A DNA stretch of 64,000 nucleotides, from assembly GCF_000143415.4 (NCBI RefSeq), contig NW_003314265.1:1260446-1324445 (forward strand), in the 5' to 3' direction. Source of the stretch: Selaginella moellendorffii (lineage: Eukaryota > Plantae > Lycopodiophyta). Shown here piece by piece: positions 33,585 to 46,238 of this stretch. Both the position numbers and the translations under genes were made by a program. The notes under the pieces are model-generated. The model was given only the letters and a program-made list of their open reading frames with translations, was not told the DNA's origin and did not search any database. Every line of letters begins with the position of its first letter. Within the stretch, counting starts at the first letter, position 1.

Positions 33585-34262
33585 TCACAACTTTGGAAAC
33601 ATTGCACGGATGTTGTCCTTCATCTGCTTCAAACTGGATCCATCTAGCGGGATCCCAAACGCCCTCGCCAGCACCGCGTCCGTGATCTCCGGGTCGGACG
33701 CGAACAGCGCGTGTGGCATTTGCATCACCCCCGGGTTCTGGCTGTTGAACGACACAAACGCCGACGCCGGAGAGCTCCCCATGTTGAGTTGAAACTGAGG
33801 GAGGCCGCGGGGGAAGATAAACACATCCCCGGGCTGCAGCGTCGTGGCATACAGCTTGAAATCGTTGGTGACAAAGCCGACGTAGAACTGGCCAAAGAGG
33901 ACGAAGAACTGCTCGGTGGCCCGGGGATGGACGTGCGGGGGATTCACTCCAAAGGGCCCAAAGTCGGCCCTCGCCGCGGAGATGCCCATGCTGTTGAGGC
34001 CCGGGAACTTGAAAACGTTGATGGTGGTGATCTTGAGCCCCAGGGTGTTGTTAGTGTCGGCCGCCACCCCAAGCCCCCGGAAGCGAAAGTCCTCTCCCAC
34101 AACCTGGGAGATGGGCTTGCAGGGGAAACCATTCACCAGGGTAACGCTGGAGTTGAGATCCGCCACGCAGATGTCCTGGAGAGGGTCGGAATCAGCGCAA
34201 GTTGCCAGCTTTGCCAGAAACGATAGAAGAACACATGAGATCACCACCGCCATTTGAATCAT
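33585..34262 (-). CDS. Germin-like protein (cupin), secreted
   Basis: Signal peptide, box A DSDPLQDICVAD, VNGFPCK, box B GVNPPHVHPRATE and box C variant GDVFIFPRGLPQFQLN. Confidence 0.95.
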   Translation of the reverse strand: MIQMAVVISCVLLSFLAKLATCADSDPLQDICVADLNSSVTLVNGFPCKPISQVVGEDFRFRGLGVAADTNNTLGLKITTINVFKFPGLNSMGISAARADFGPFGVNPPHVHPRATEQFFVLFGQFYVGFVTNDFKLYATTLQPGDVFIFPRGLPQFQLNMGSSPASAFVSFNSQNPGVMQMPHALFASDPEITDAVLARAFGIPLDGSSLKQMKDNIRAMFPKL

Positions 34263-34487
34263 CTGGATGAAATCTAGCTAAGAAACTCTCTCTTGAATGG
34301 ATCTTAGAGGGGAATTGCAAGATGGAGCTACAATGAACGGTAACCATGGTTATATATCTGTAAGTTTTGTTGTGATCAACCGGGACGTGCAAGGTGACAA
34401 GGCTTGATTTAAAACACGAGCGTCGTATTCAATTGCCTGGTGCTACATGTCTAGTTCTTGCAGTAACTAGCACGAACTTCCATTTTC

Positions 34488-34582
34488 ACATAGTGCCAAG
34501 GGCATCTACAGTACTCTCGTCCACTTCTCATGTTCAGATAGTGCCAATGGCATCTACAGTACTCCCGTCCACTTCTCATGTT
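34488..34582 (+). repeat. Two-copy ~48-bp tandem repeat between MSL 3' end and GLP promoter
   Basis: atagtgccaa(g/t)ggcatctacagtactc(t/c)cgtccacttctcatgtt occurs twice. Confidence 0.8.
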
Positions 34583-34663
34583 TGCTTCCAACACTAGCTC
34601 AATGACAGACCACTGTCTGACAGAAAGTAAGTTTAGAGATCTTGAAGACCGAGTTTGACAGCT

Positions 34664-37638
34664 CTAGGACAGGCGGAAGGGATGTGCAGCAATGGTGTGA
34701 TTGTCGGAGAGAGTGACCTCTTGCGGAGGAAGATGGTACTCGATCCCGAGCTCCTGGAAGAAAGTCTTGAGCTTGATCAAGAGGTCGGAGCGGCGAATGA
34801 GCCGCTCGCCATTGTTTTGGTAGTTCATCGTGTGCTGGACCCAGAGCGCCATCTTCATTCGGTTCATGTCCTCGATGTCCTTGACCACGATGGTCGACTT
34901 GTTGTGCCAGTGAGCCGATTTGGAGCTGATATACCTGCAAAACAAGCACGATCAAAGTCAATCTGGATTGAGCAAAGCTGGAAACGACGAACTTTGAGAC
35001 TCGCTCCTTGAGTGCCGCGATCTTCTCGACGGGGGTGGACATGTCCACGGTGAAGTCGATGGCGTCGGTCATGTCGGGGCTCCGGTAGTAGTTGCTGATC
35101 GGCTTGCTGGCTAGAACAGAGTTGGGATAGTAAATCTTCTCGTTGTCATAGCGGAGAAACACGGTGGTCAGGATGTTCATCTCCTCCACGATCATCTAGA
35201 AAAGCCACCCCACGTTTGATCTTGAGAACTTTGAGAGAAACATATAGTATCGATCCACTTGCCTGGACGCCATCGATGACACAGCGATCGCCCACGTCGT
35301 AGGGATGCATCACGAACAGGAAGATGATGGCCTCGAACACCGTCTTGCAAGTGTTGCCAAAGATGAAGACGATGAGCAGCAGCTGCGACGATGCGAAGAT
35401 GAGTAAGTGCGAGGTGGCGATGCCCAGCACCAGCAGCCAGATTATCACAATCACCACCGCGGTCACGGCATTGATGATGTGGTGGAGCTTGTCCACCGCG
35501 GTTTTGGTGTCATTGAGCGACAGCGCCAGTGATCTCCTCTCCCGGTACACACTGATCTAGAATGCGCAAAGAAGACGAAGTTTTCAGCTGAAAGGTCGGT
35601 TTTTTACGTACCACCCAGTTGACGAGGTTCTTCTTGGTGATGGTCTCGGCCTCGGCGGCGCCCTCGAACAGCGCCAGCGCCTTGTGAGCCTCGCTGGGCG
35701 TGAGGAAGCGCAAGAGATCCTCGAGCACAATCTGCCTGAAAGAAACGATCAATCGCCCTCGATCATCTATCGGCTCGTGAAACCATGCACCACGATGAGG
35801 ACTTACTTGCTTCCCGGCTGCGCGACGTTTCTAAACACCTCCTTGGCCGCCGCGCGCGCCTGCCACTCGGTCTGGATCTCGTTCTCCTGCCCATCGTCGC
35901 TTCTGTCGATCGTCTGCGACAGCGTCGAGATGTTGGACTGCTTGACGAGCATCACCAGCCGCTTCATGTTCCACGCCGAGACGTTCCGCTGGTTCATCTT
36001 TTGCAGCTTGTCGATGCTCAGCACCGAGTCCGACGAAGCCTTATCCTTCTTCTTGGCGGCGGCGGTGGCGGGAGCGCTTTGATCCACCACCTTGAAGCTC
36101 AGGCCTTTCTTCTTGATCAAGGACGGTGGCGCTCCACCGCGATCGTCATCGCCCACGAACTCCAGCGGCGGCCCGGACAGCTTCTCCAGGATGTACTGGC
36201 TGAAGAGCGACTCCTGGATGCGATCGAAGTACGTGTTGACGTGGTAGGAGCTGGCCAGCACCTTGACGAAGAGCAGCTTGGCCAGCCACACGAAGGCCGC
36301 GATGAGCAGGCAAATGAGCACCTTGGTCACGTAGAGGAGCGCGCGATTGTTCTTGGTGGAGCGCTCCACCTTGGGATCGAAGAGGAGGAGCCACGCGACG
36401 AGCGCGAGCGTGAGCCAGAGCGCGGTCTGGACGCCCTTGCGCAGGCCATAGACGAAGTAGAGCACGCGCTTGCGCCACAGGAAGTTGCGCTCGATGAAGA
36501 AGACTGCGACGTGGATGATCCAGCCGCTGAGGAGGCGGCCGCTGAGCGCCACCAGCACCATCACCGTCCACTTCCACAGCTCCAGGCCCAGGATGGAGCG
36601 CCGCCGGAGCACCGCCACCGTGACGCTGCAAACGAGCAGCGCGGTGAGGAGGACGAGCGCCACCAGCTGGAAGAGCGAGCAGCAGCCCCAGCGCGCGTGG
36701 CGGTACTTGTCCGGGAGATCGACGTCGCGGAGTGGATCCTCCTCCTCCGCTGGCGGCGCCGCATCTCCGCCGCCTAGCCGCCCGGAGCCCGGCGCCGCCG
36801 CATTGCCCGGGGTGGCGAGCTTGGATTCTTCGCGCGGCTGTGGTGGCGGTGGCGGCGGCTCCGCTAGCCTGGATTTGCTCTTGAGCCTGGCGGGGGCCTT
36901 GACCACCACCGCGTCCACCGGGGTCGAGTTCTTGGGCTCCTTGATCGTCGGCGGTGCTGGCGCTGGCGGTGGCGCTGGATCGAAGCTCACGGTTTTGGGC
37001 GAGGGGATCGCGGCGGGCGGCGAATCGGCGGTGGCGGCGGCGGCGATCGCGTTTCTAAGCGTCGTGGTGTTCTTGGCATCGCCCAGGAAGATCTCCGCGA
37101 CTTGGGGGCTGCTCACGCGCCTCGCGGGCGAGGATTGCGCGGACGATTGCTTGGGTGGGTCTTGCTCCTGGCGATTGGGAGAGGGGAGTCTGTGGTAGCC
37201 CTGTCCATTTCCCCTGTTCTTGGGTGGTGGGAGAGACGAAGAGGGCGCCGGCATTGCGCCGCCGCCGCTGCCATTGCTCAATCCCACCCCAAAATCGAAG
37301 CTTTTGTTCCTAGCGCCGGGGACGCTCCCTTCTTCTGCTTGCTCGCTGCTCTCGATCACCGCCGCCATAGCCAGGGGCTGTTCGTCTTCCGAGAAGTTGT
37401 AGCTGGAGCCCCTGGACGATCTGGCGGAAATGCCGCTGGCCTTGGGCGGCGATCTTCTCGGCGATGGGCTCTTGGGCGCGTCGCAAACCACCGAGATCCG
37501 CTCGCCATTGGACGATCCCGGTGGCGGTGGCGGCGGCGAAGAGGACGGCGAATCTCTCCTGCCAGCAATGGATCGCTGCTGCTGCTGCTGCTGTTGCTTC
37601 TCGATCGTCACGACAACATCATGGCGATTCTTGTCCAT
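34664..37638 (-). CDS. MscS-like mechanosensitive ion channel, MSL4-10 class, 5 exons
   Basis: Long disordered N-terminus, then FIERNFLWRKRVLYFVYGLRK, VLASSYHVNTYFDRIQESLF, VSAWNMKRL, LNDTKTAVDKL, FIFGNTCKTVFEAIIFLFVMHPYDVGDRC, MIVEEMNILTTVFLR and KPISNYYRSPDM. Confidence 0.95.
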
Positions 37639-38370
37639 CGCCGACCGATCGATCCTCCTTTGCGCGGAGATGCTTTCGAGTCCGAGAGAGGGAAAGAATC
37701 AAAAGAGAAAGGAGGAGAGGAAGAGAGAATAGATTCTTTCTTTCACTGCCACTCACCTGAGAGAGAGAATGTGGATCGCTCTCAAAGCGACCGGATGCGA
37801 TGCCTTGCCCTCGAGACACAAGCCATTTTCTATGAAGATCCTGGCATAGATAGAGTCACTCTGGGTGACACAAAACACAAGGGAGTCAAAAGAGAGAATA
37901 GTTTTTGTCTAAGCGATCAAGAGCTTAGTTATCGGTCTATCTCTAAAGATATATTTTCTTTGCATGTTCGATGCTTTCTTCATACATCGCATCAGTTGCA
38001 TTAGCAACGTATTATCATAGCAATGCTATGCAAGGTCTGGATTTTTGGCGGCAGGGGTCGTGGTACGGAGGGATAATACTAAATTTTCCCGCTTTTTCAG
38101 GTTTAATTGCGCTGACACCATTGCAAGCGATGTTTCACACACAGAGAATCCAAGAGAGAACACTTCTAACACGTTCGAATATCCCCTGATTATGCCTGGG
38201 AAGCCCAGCCACTCACGCAAACTTTGGTACCGTGAATTCGCAGACCAGGCATTTGCATAATTCCACTCCACTGCCTTGTTGATGAATTTGCCTGTACCAA
38301 AAGCTCATCCTTTATAAACTCTATGCAAAAACCATCCAGCACTAGCTTGTGGAAAGAAAATAACACAAAG

Positions 38371-38442
38371 GCGTTAGTAGTCCAACGGTTAGGATAATTG
38401 CCTTCCAAGCAATAGACCCGGGTTCGACTCCCGGCTGACGCA
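38371..38442 (+). tRNA. tRNA-Gly (anticodon UCC)
   Basis: Acceptor stem GCGTTAG/CTGACGC+A; anticodon arm ATTGC-CTTCCAA-GCAAT; T-arm CCGGG-TTCGACT-CCCGG. Confidence 0.95.
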
Positions 38443-38586
38443 CCTAGATTCCGGCTCTCTCTCTCTCTCTCGTTTTGCCATTATTACGTGTCCTGCCTTA
38501 GAAGGGCCGAGAGAGTTTGCGCGAGCCTTCTTTTTTTTGTTCGCTACATCAAGATAGAGCTTCGATCTTCTCTTTGATCGATTGAG

Positions 38587-40126
38587 ATGGTGGACGAGGC
38601 GACGGCGCTTTTGCCGCGATCATCGTTGCTGCCAGGAGGTGGAGAAGGAGCGTCGGTGAGGAAGACGTTTGCCAACATTATCATCTCGATTCTAGGGTCG
38701 GGCGTGTTGGGGCTTCCATTCACTTACAGGGTCAGCGGATGGGCGGTTGCTGCTACCTCGATCACCCTTGCGGGAGGTCTCTCCTATTACTGTATGATCT
38801 TACTGGTGAGCTAAGCTCCTCCTATTCGAGCCATCTTTTCTAGCTTGATTGGTAGTGAGTAGTGAATGTAGCACCAACGAGTTTGCTTTGATCGAGTAGA
38901 TCGTGTTGTTCTTGAGTTCTAGTGAATAGGGAGACTTGATCTTCTATCCTACACGACAACTTTACTATAGTTTTCATTCGCTACATTGCATCTAGTCCAT
39001 CTCGACTTAGATTGTCTCACTGATCACTTGTCTCGCGTATGATCTTGAGTAGTTTCCATACTCACATCTCACCACTCTCGCTCTCTCGCAGGTAAAGTGC
39101 CGGGACAAGCTTTCCAGCAATGGCGGCCACCACTTCATCCAAACATACCCGGACCTGGGATACCACACCTTCGGCAACCTCGGCCGCCAAGTCATCGAGG
39201 TGACGCTCCTCATCTCCCAGGCCGGCTGCTGCGTCGCATATCTCATCTTCATCGGCCACAACTTGTCCTCCGTCTTCTTCCCGGACTCCAAGTACGCGCT
39301 GGTAATCGCCATCCTCGTCCCCCTGGAGATCCTCCTCGCCTGGGTGCGCTCCCTCGCGTCCCTGGCGCCCTTCAGCATCTTCGCAAACGTCTGCAACGTC
39401 CTCGCCATGGCCATCGTCATCAAGGAGGACCTGGGCCGCCTCCATAGCACCGGAGAAAAGATGGCGACCTTCAAAGGGTGGCAGTCGGTCCCCTTCGCGC
39501 TCGGGGTGTGCATCTACTGCTACGAGGGCTTCGGCATGACGCTCTCGCTACAGGCATCCATGAGGAAGCCACACAAGTTCGCCAGGGTTCTCGGCCTCGC
39601 GTTTGGATTGATCACGACGGTCTACCTGGTGTTTGGACTCGCCGGGTACGCGGCCTTTGGCGAGGAGACGCTGGACATCGTGACGCTCAACCTGGGGAAC
39701 CGCGACTGGTCGACCAAGCTCGTCAAGCTCGGCCTCTCCATCGCGCTCTTCTTCACGTTCCCGGTGATGATGTACCCCGTGTACGAGATCTTCGAGGGGA
39801 GGCTGCTGCTCAACAAGTGGTTCCAGCGGAGCGTGGTGCCATCGCCAAGGCTGCTGGCCGCGGTGACGGGCTCCATCCGCGGGGTCGTCGTCGTGGTGGT
39901 GGCGCTCATCGCGGTGGCCGTGCCCGGGTTTGGGACTTTCATCTCGCTGGTGGGAAGCACCGTGTGTGCGCTCCTCGCGTTCGTGTTCCCGGCGCTCTTT
40001 CACGCGCGGGTGTGCGCGGATGCGCCGGCGTGGTCGAGGGCCGTGGACGCGACGCTGGTGGTCTTTGGAGTCGTGTTTGCGGTGTACGGCACGTACCAGA
40101 CATGTACGAATGCGTTCGTCAAGTAA
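38587..40126 (+). CDS. Amino-acid transporter, ANT1/AVT3 (SLC36-like AAAP) family, 2 exons
   Basis: KTFANIIISILGSGVLGLPF...|VKCRDKL...TYPDLG...LISQAGCCVAYLIFIG...LAPFSIFA...YCYEGFGMTLSL...FFTFPVMMYP...FISLVGSTVCALLAFVFP. Intron ~38806-39091. Confidence 0.93.
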
Positions 40127-41070
40127 GGCGTGGTCGTTTTTCTTACGTTGTCGCTCGAGATAATTGGATCTCTTTATCTTGAGTCAGAGTCGAAGCTTCT
40201 TTGGCTGGAGACTTTTTAATGTTATAAAATAAGCTTGTAGGCAAGAGCACATCTAATCTTTCAAGACCTAGTTACGTCAAAATATGGATTAGTAAGTTTG
40301 ATGAAGTGGAACCAAACAACACAACAAACTTTATTCATATGAAGCATCATGGATCCATATACAAGTAACCAAAATATCATATGTAAATCAAGAGCAAACA
40401 AAACCACATTCAAGTACTAGAACTAACCTTCAGAAGCAAAGTCTGCAACTTCTGAAGGAGCTGAGGAAGTTCTTAGGAGCTCCATACTTTCCCCCCACTT
40501 CGTGCATCAATGGAATTTGGAAACTTGAAGAAAGGTCCAAGCCATAGAACTGGTTCCGTAGAATATTTCATGTGCGGTGAACTAAGCTATTTGTGCATAT
40601 CTTTATCTATCTCATCCAATCCAACTATCCAACTTAGAGATTTACCGATTTGGAGAGGGCCGCACGTACGCGAGCCCTCAACTTCCAGAAATTCACGACG
40701 TCCACTCTGGAAGAAGGTAGGCCAGCCAAGCCAGAGTGCAATGGGAAGGCCAAACCTGGGCCATTGGCCTTCAGGATCACCAATAAACCCCGTCAGGTAA
40801 GTATGGAACTACAGACCTTGATTTATATACTGCTCTTGTGGCGTCATTCCACGCTCGGGCATGTGGGATAGGTTTTACGGTTTGGTCAAAACCTTAAGCA
40901 AGGACCGAACCAAAGAACCTGCATTCTCTTTTGATGGCCCAGCTGCGATATTCACCAGCTTCAAGCAAGAACCTAAGAAAGCAGGTTAAACGTCCCTCAT
41001 TGTCGAAACTTGTGATCACGATATTCATTTATTTTCGCACAACACAAGAAGTCTTCGAATTCTTTCATTT

Positions 41071-42247
41071 TCATGGCAGAAAACCTTGTTCAGGCAGAGT
41101 TTGTTCGTAAGGAATGAATCCTCCGATTAGATCTGTAGTTTTCTTCTTCTCGGGAGGGATTCCATCGTATGTTCCGGCATGAGGAATGCCAATGGTCGTT
41201 TCACCCTACACATCAAAATTTCGTAAACGCTTTGAAAAAACCAATGAAATGCAAAACTCACTCTTGGGCACAGCTGCGAAGCCGGGGAGCTTTTCCTTGA
41301 CCGATTTCAGGACGTCTCCTTGGGAACCCTAAAGCAGTCTCGTTCTCAACTACCAATATGTGAACTTTTGCAACATCTTTCACGTCCACGAAAGGAATGT
41401 AAGAAGCACTTAGCAAAGGATTCCGGGAACCTGGATCACCACAAACAAGACATTGTGTTTGTATGAGAAAACCAAAGAAACTAACCTTCCACAACTTGAG
41501 ATATTCGTTGCTAGTGTTCATGGTCTGTTGCAAGAGAGGGCCAAACACATCACACAGGCACACCACAACAAGTTCGAGACCATGCTGTCTTCTCAGACTC
41601 CAGTACCACCGCTGCAAAACAATGCCAACTCAAAAGACTCAAACTAAAGTCCAAATTCATTGACTTGCCCTCGGTAGTAGTCAATGCTAGCTCTCGTCAA
41701 CCATCTTGTCCTCCGGACGATCCGAGTCACACATGACCGCGGTGCCGGAGGAGGTCATCACCACTCGCTTGATCTTGCAGTGAGGATCCTCACTGCAACC
41801 ACGCATCACATCCTCCGTTCCAGTGATTCCTGGGACCAACACATCCTGGCAGAAAAGAAAACCCAGATAATTTCTCATGAGATAAAACCAGCAAGATTCT
41901 CACATCTGCGGTGTCAAAATTCCAGAAGAAGGGGCAGTCCGCGTGAAAGACGGCATCACTGCCCCGGACTGCCAGGTTGTAGTCGAGAACATCGGCTTTC
42001 AACAGCTTGAGCCTCTCGCCAGCTCCTGGGAGCTGCTTGAGATGTCCACACTTGGCATTGTTACCTGACGATACACATATCATGCATGGGTCATTCAGGT
42101 GGAGGTGGTGGATCCAATACTACTTACTTGGATTGCACACGGTGCCGTGAACCGTGTAGCTTCTCGAGAAGCTGCTTTACAATCCAAGAGGCAATGAAAC
42201 CCCCGGCTCCAGTCACACACATGATTCTTGCTTGCTTCCATTGCCAT
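41071..42247 (-). pseudogene. CCR/TKPR-like NAD(P)-dependent reductase, copy A (frameshifts, stops, deletions)
   Basis: [20 protein letters not shown] is out of frame with the ATG, exon 3 carries a stop, and exons 4-6 have deletions. Confidence 0.85.
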
Positions 42248-42952
42248 GCTCTTTGCTTTAATTTGCTACTTATTTGCTCTAGCTTGCGCTGCTGTGTTTT
42301 TATACACTCTATCAAGTCTTCAAGAATTTCCGCTTGCCTTCTGAGCAAGCATCCTGGAGCACTGTGGCGTCGCAACTGGAGCACTGAGGCACCGGTCTCT
42401 AGACTTATTGGTAGAATTTAATGTTTTATAGATAGATGGGGACGCTAAGATTGCTATTTAACTTATTTATTATGGCTAAATTAGATGTGTGCATCATGTT
42501 GGGCAGTGGTGGTGGAGTTTTTGTAAAGCAGCAATATGCTCTTGCACCTTTTACTTCTATAATACTAATTTTAGGTGAGAATGCAGCGTTTATGAAATGC
42601 AAAATGCGCTTTGAAGTTGCTGGTGGTACACGGAGGCGACAGTAGCAGCAAGAGAGGGTTCAATTTTCAATCTTCTCTTGCATTTTTCCTCCAAAGACTA
42701 TCAAGCTCGGAACACGTCGCACTCCACTAGGGCATCCAACTCGCCATCGCCATCCCTCTTAGAACCCTGGACAATTCCATAACAACAGCAAAATATAAGA
42801 CGTTCTCTTTGAGTAAGCAAGAACTTAAGAGAAAGCAGGTTAAGTGCGTAAAGTGGAGTTGAGAGTCTTTATAATTTGCAAACCAATACGCACATTCATT
42901 CATTTTCGTTTTCATACAGATCTATAGCAATAGTCCTTGAGTTCTTTCATTT

Positions 42953-44280
42953 TCATGGCAGAAAACCTCGTTCACGGATGCTAGCAATGGTGTCAAAGAG
43001 AGTTTGTTCATAAGGTATGAATCCTCCTATTAGCTCTGTAGTTTTCTTGTTCCCAATCTTCTCGGGGGGGATTCCATCGTATCTTCCGGCATGAGGAATT
43101 CCAATGCTCGTTTCAGAAACACCCCTACCCATACAAATCTCATTACGCTTTGAACAAAACTGAACAAAAAGGAATGAAAGTAAACTCACTCGTGGGCACA
43201 GCAGCGAAGCTCGGGGAACTTTTCCTTGACCGATTTCAGGACGTCTCTGTGGGAAACGCTCAGTGCAACGCAAAAGTAGCGCCCCAAAGCAGCCTCGTTC
43301 TCGACTGCCAAAATGTGAGCTTTTGCAACATCTCTCACGTCCACGAGAGGAATGTAAGAACTTGGCGAAGGATTCCGGGAACCTAGATTATCACAAACAA
43401 GATAAATGTCTGTACGAGAAAACCAAGGAAACAACAGTCAAACCTTCTACAACTTCCTTGAGATATTCGCTGCTAGTGTTGAGGGTTTGTTGCAAGAGAG
43501 GACCAAACACGTAAACCGGGCACACCACGAGAAGTTTGAGCCCTTTCTCTTCGGCAAACTTCCATGCCGTCTTCTCCGCCTCGGTCTTGGCAACCAAGTA
43601 CCACCGCTGCAAAACGAAGTCCAACGCACAAGAGTCAAGAGTCAAATTAAGTCCAAAGCAAGTCCCATTTAGTTGCCTCGTTTTTGCGGCAGTGGTCAAC
43701 GTTCGTCCAGCAGCGCTCATCAACCACCTTGTCCTCGGGACGATCGGGGTCAAACATGACCGCTGCGCCGGAGGAAGTCATCACCACTCGCTTGATCTTC
43801 TCCTCGCTGCAAGCACGCATCACATTCTCCGTTCCAGTGATTGCTGGGACCAACACATCCTGGCAGAAAACAAAACTCGAAATTTCTCATCGCCCACGAG
43901 CAAAACCAGCTAGATTCTTACATCTGGGGTGTCAAACTTCCAGAAGAAGGGGCAGGCTGTGTGGAAGACGGCCTCACAGCCCCGGACTGCTGGGACAATG
44001 GAATCGTAGTCGAGAACATCGGCTTTGAACAGCTTGAGCCTCTCCCCAGCTCCTGGGAGCTGCTTGAGATGTCCACACTTCGCATTGTTACCTGATGATT
44101 GGGTCATTCAGATTTCGGCTATGGATCAAAGGTAAAAGGGAGAAGTCTATGCTTACTTGGGTCGCGCACGGTGCCGTGAACAGTATAGCCTTTCTCCAGA
44201 AGCTGCTTTACAATCCAAGAGGCAATGAAACCCCCGGCTCCAGTCACACACACGACCTTCTTGCTTTCTTCCATTGCCAT
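42953..44280 (-). CDS. CCR/TKPR-like NAD(P)-dependent reductase (extended SDR), copy B, 6 exons, frame apparently intact
   Basis: [41 protein letters not shown]...VFHTACP...[12 protein letters not shown]...[12 protein letters not shown] (YxxxK)...[11 protein letters not shown]...GFLP*. The intron-3 donor is a weak GCAACT. Confidence 0.75.
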
Positions 44281-44936
44281 GCTCTTTGCTCTATTTGCTA
44301 CTTATTTGCTCTAGCTTGCGCTGCTGTGTATTTATACACTCTATCAAGTCTTCAAGAATTTCCGCTTGCCTTCTGAGGAAGCATCCTGGAGCGCTGTGGC
44401 GTCGCAACTGGAGCACTATGGCGCCGGTCTCTAGGCTACTGTTTAACTTAATTGATTTTCTATAGATAGATGGGGACGCTATTAAGCGTGCTATTTACCT
44501 ATTTATTGTGGCTAAGTCAGATGTCTGCATCATGTTGGTGGAGTTTTTGTAAAGTAGCAATAGGCTCTTGCACCTTTTGCAGCTACTATACTAATTTCAG
44601 GTTAGAATGGCGCTTTGAAGTTGCTGGTGGTGCGACGGTAGCAGCAAGGGAGGGTTCAATTTTCAACCTTCTCTTGTATTTTTACATCCTCCGAAGACTA
44701 ACACGTCGCACTCCACTAGGGCATCCAACTCACTTGGACAATTCCATAACAAGAGCAAAATATAAGAGCTGCGTTCTCTTTGAGGAAGCAAGAACTTAAG
44801 AGAGAGAAGGTTAAGTGCGTTGACTTCACTCCTAAAGTGGAGTTGAGAGTCTTTATCTTTTGCAAACCAATATGCACATTCATTCATTTTCGTTTTCATA
44901 CAGATCTATAGCAATAGTCCTTGAGTTCTTTCATTT

Positions 44937-46238
44937 TCATGGCAGAAAACCTCGTTCACGGATGCTAGCAATGGTGTCAAAGAGAGTTTGTTCATAAGGT
45001 ATGAATCCTCCAATTAGCTCTGTAGTTTTCTTGTTTCCAATCTTCTCGGGGGGGATTCCATCGTATCTTCCGGCATGAGGAATTCCAACGCTCGTTTCAG
45101 GAACACCCCTACCCATACAAATCTCATTACGCTTTGAACAAAACTGAACAAAAAGGAATGAAAGTAAACTCACTCATGGGCACAGCAGCGAAGCTGGGGG
45201 AACTTTTCCTTGACCGATTTCAGGACGTCTCTGTGGGAAATGCTCAGTGCAACGCAAAAGTAGCGCCCCAAAGCAGCCTCGTTATCGACTGCCAAAATGT
45301 GAGCTTTTGCAACATCTCTCACGTCCACGAGAGGAATGTAAGAAGTTGGCGAAAGATTCCGGGAACCTGGATCATCACAAACGAGATAAATGTTTGTACG
45401 AGAAAACCAACGAAACCACAGTCAGACCTTCTACAACTTCCTTGAGATATTCACTGCTAGTGTTGAGGGTTTGTTGCAAGAGAGGACCAAACACGTAAAC
45501 AGGGCACACCACAAGAAGTTTGAGCCCTTTCTCTTCGGCAAACTTCCATGCCGTCTTCTCCGACTCCGTCTTGGCAACCAAGTACCACCGCTGCAAACCG
45601 AAGTACGAGTCAAGAGTCGAATTAAGTCAAAAGCAAGTCCCATTTACTTGCCTCGATTTTGCGGCAGTGGTCCAGCAACTCTCATCAACCACCTTGTCCT
45701 CGGGACGATCCGGGTCAACCATGACTGCTGCGCCGGAGGAGGTCATCACCACTCGCTTGATCTTCTCCTCGCTGCAAGCACGCATCACATTCTCCGTTCC
45801 AGTGATTGCTGGGACCAACACATCCTGGCAGAAAAAAAAACTCAGAAAATTTCTCATTGCCCACGAGCAAAACCAGCTAGATTCTTACATCTGGGGTGTC
45901 AAACTTCCAGAAGAAGGGGCAGGCTGTGTGGAAGACGGCCTCACAGCCCCGGACTGCCGGGACAATGGAATCGTAGTCGAGAACATCGGCTTTGAACAGC
46001 TTGAGCCTCTCCCCAGCTCCTGGGAGCTGCTTGAGATGTCCACACTTCGCATTGTTACCTGATGATTGGGTCATTCAGATTTCGGCTATGGATAAGGGAG
46101 AAGTCTATGCTTACTTGGGTCACGCACGGTGCCGTGAACAGTATAGCCTTTCTCCAGAAGCTGCTTTACAATCCAAGAGGCAATGAAACCCCCAGCTCCA
46201 ATCACACACACGACCTTCTTGCTTGCTTTCATTGCCAT
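44937..46238 (-). pseudogene. CCR/TKPR-like reductase, copy C (10-nt deletion frameshift in exon 3; upstream region replaced)
   Basis: ESCWTTAAKSR here versus [14 protein letters not shown] in copy F. Similarity to the B/F upstream region stops at ~46265. Confidence 0.75.

Noticed and set aside
35785-38004. Plus-strand ORFs of 242-330 aa opposite the MSL gene
   Set aside because: Shadow ORFs caused by high GC3 codon usage
40380-40960. Possible short gene between the transporter and the reductase array
   Set aside because: No consistent spliced frame or recognisable motif on either strand
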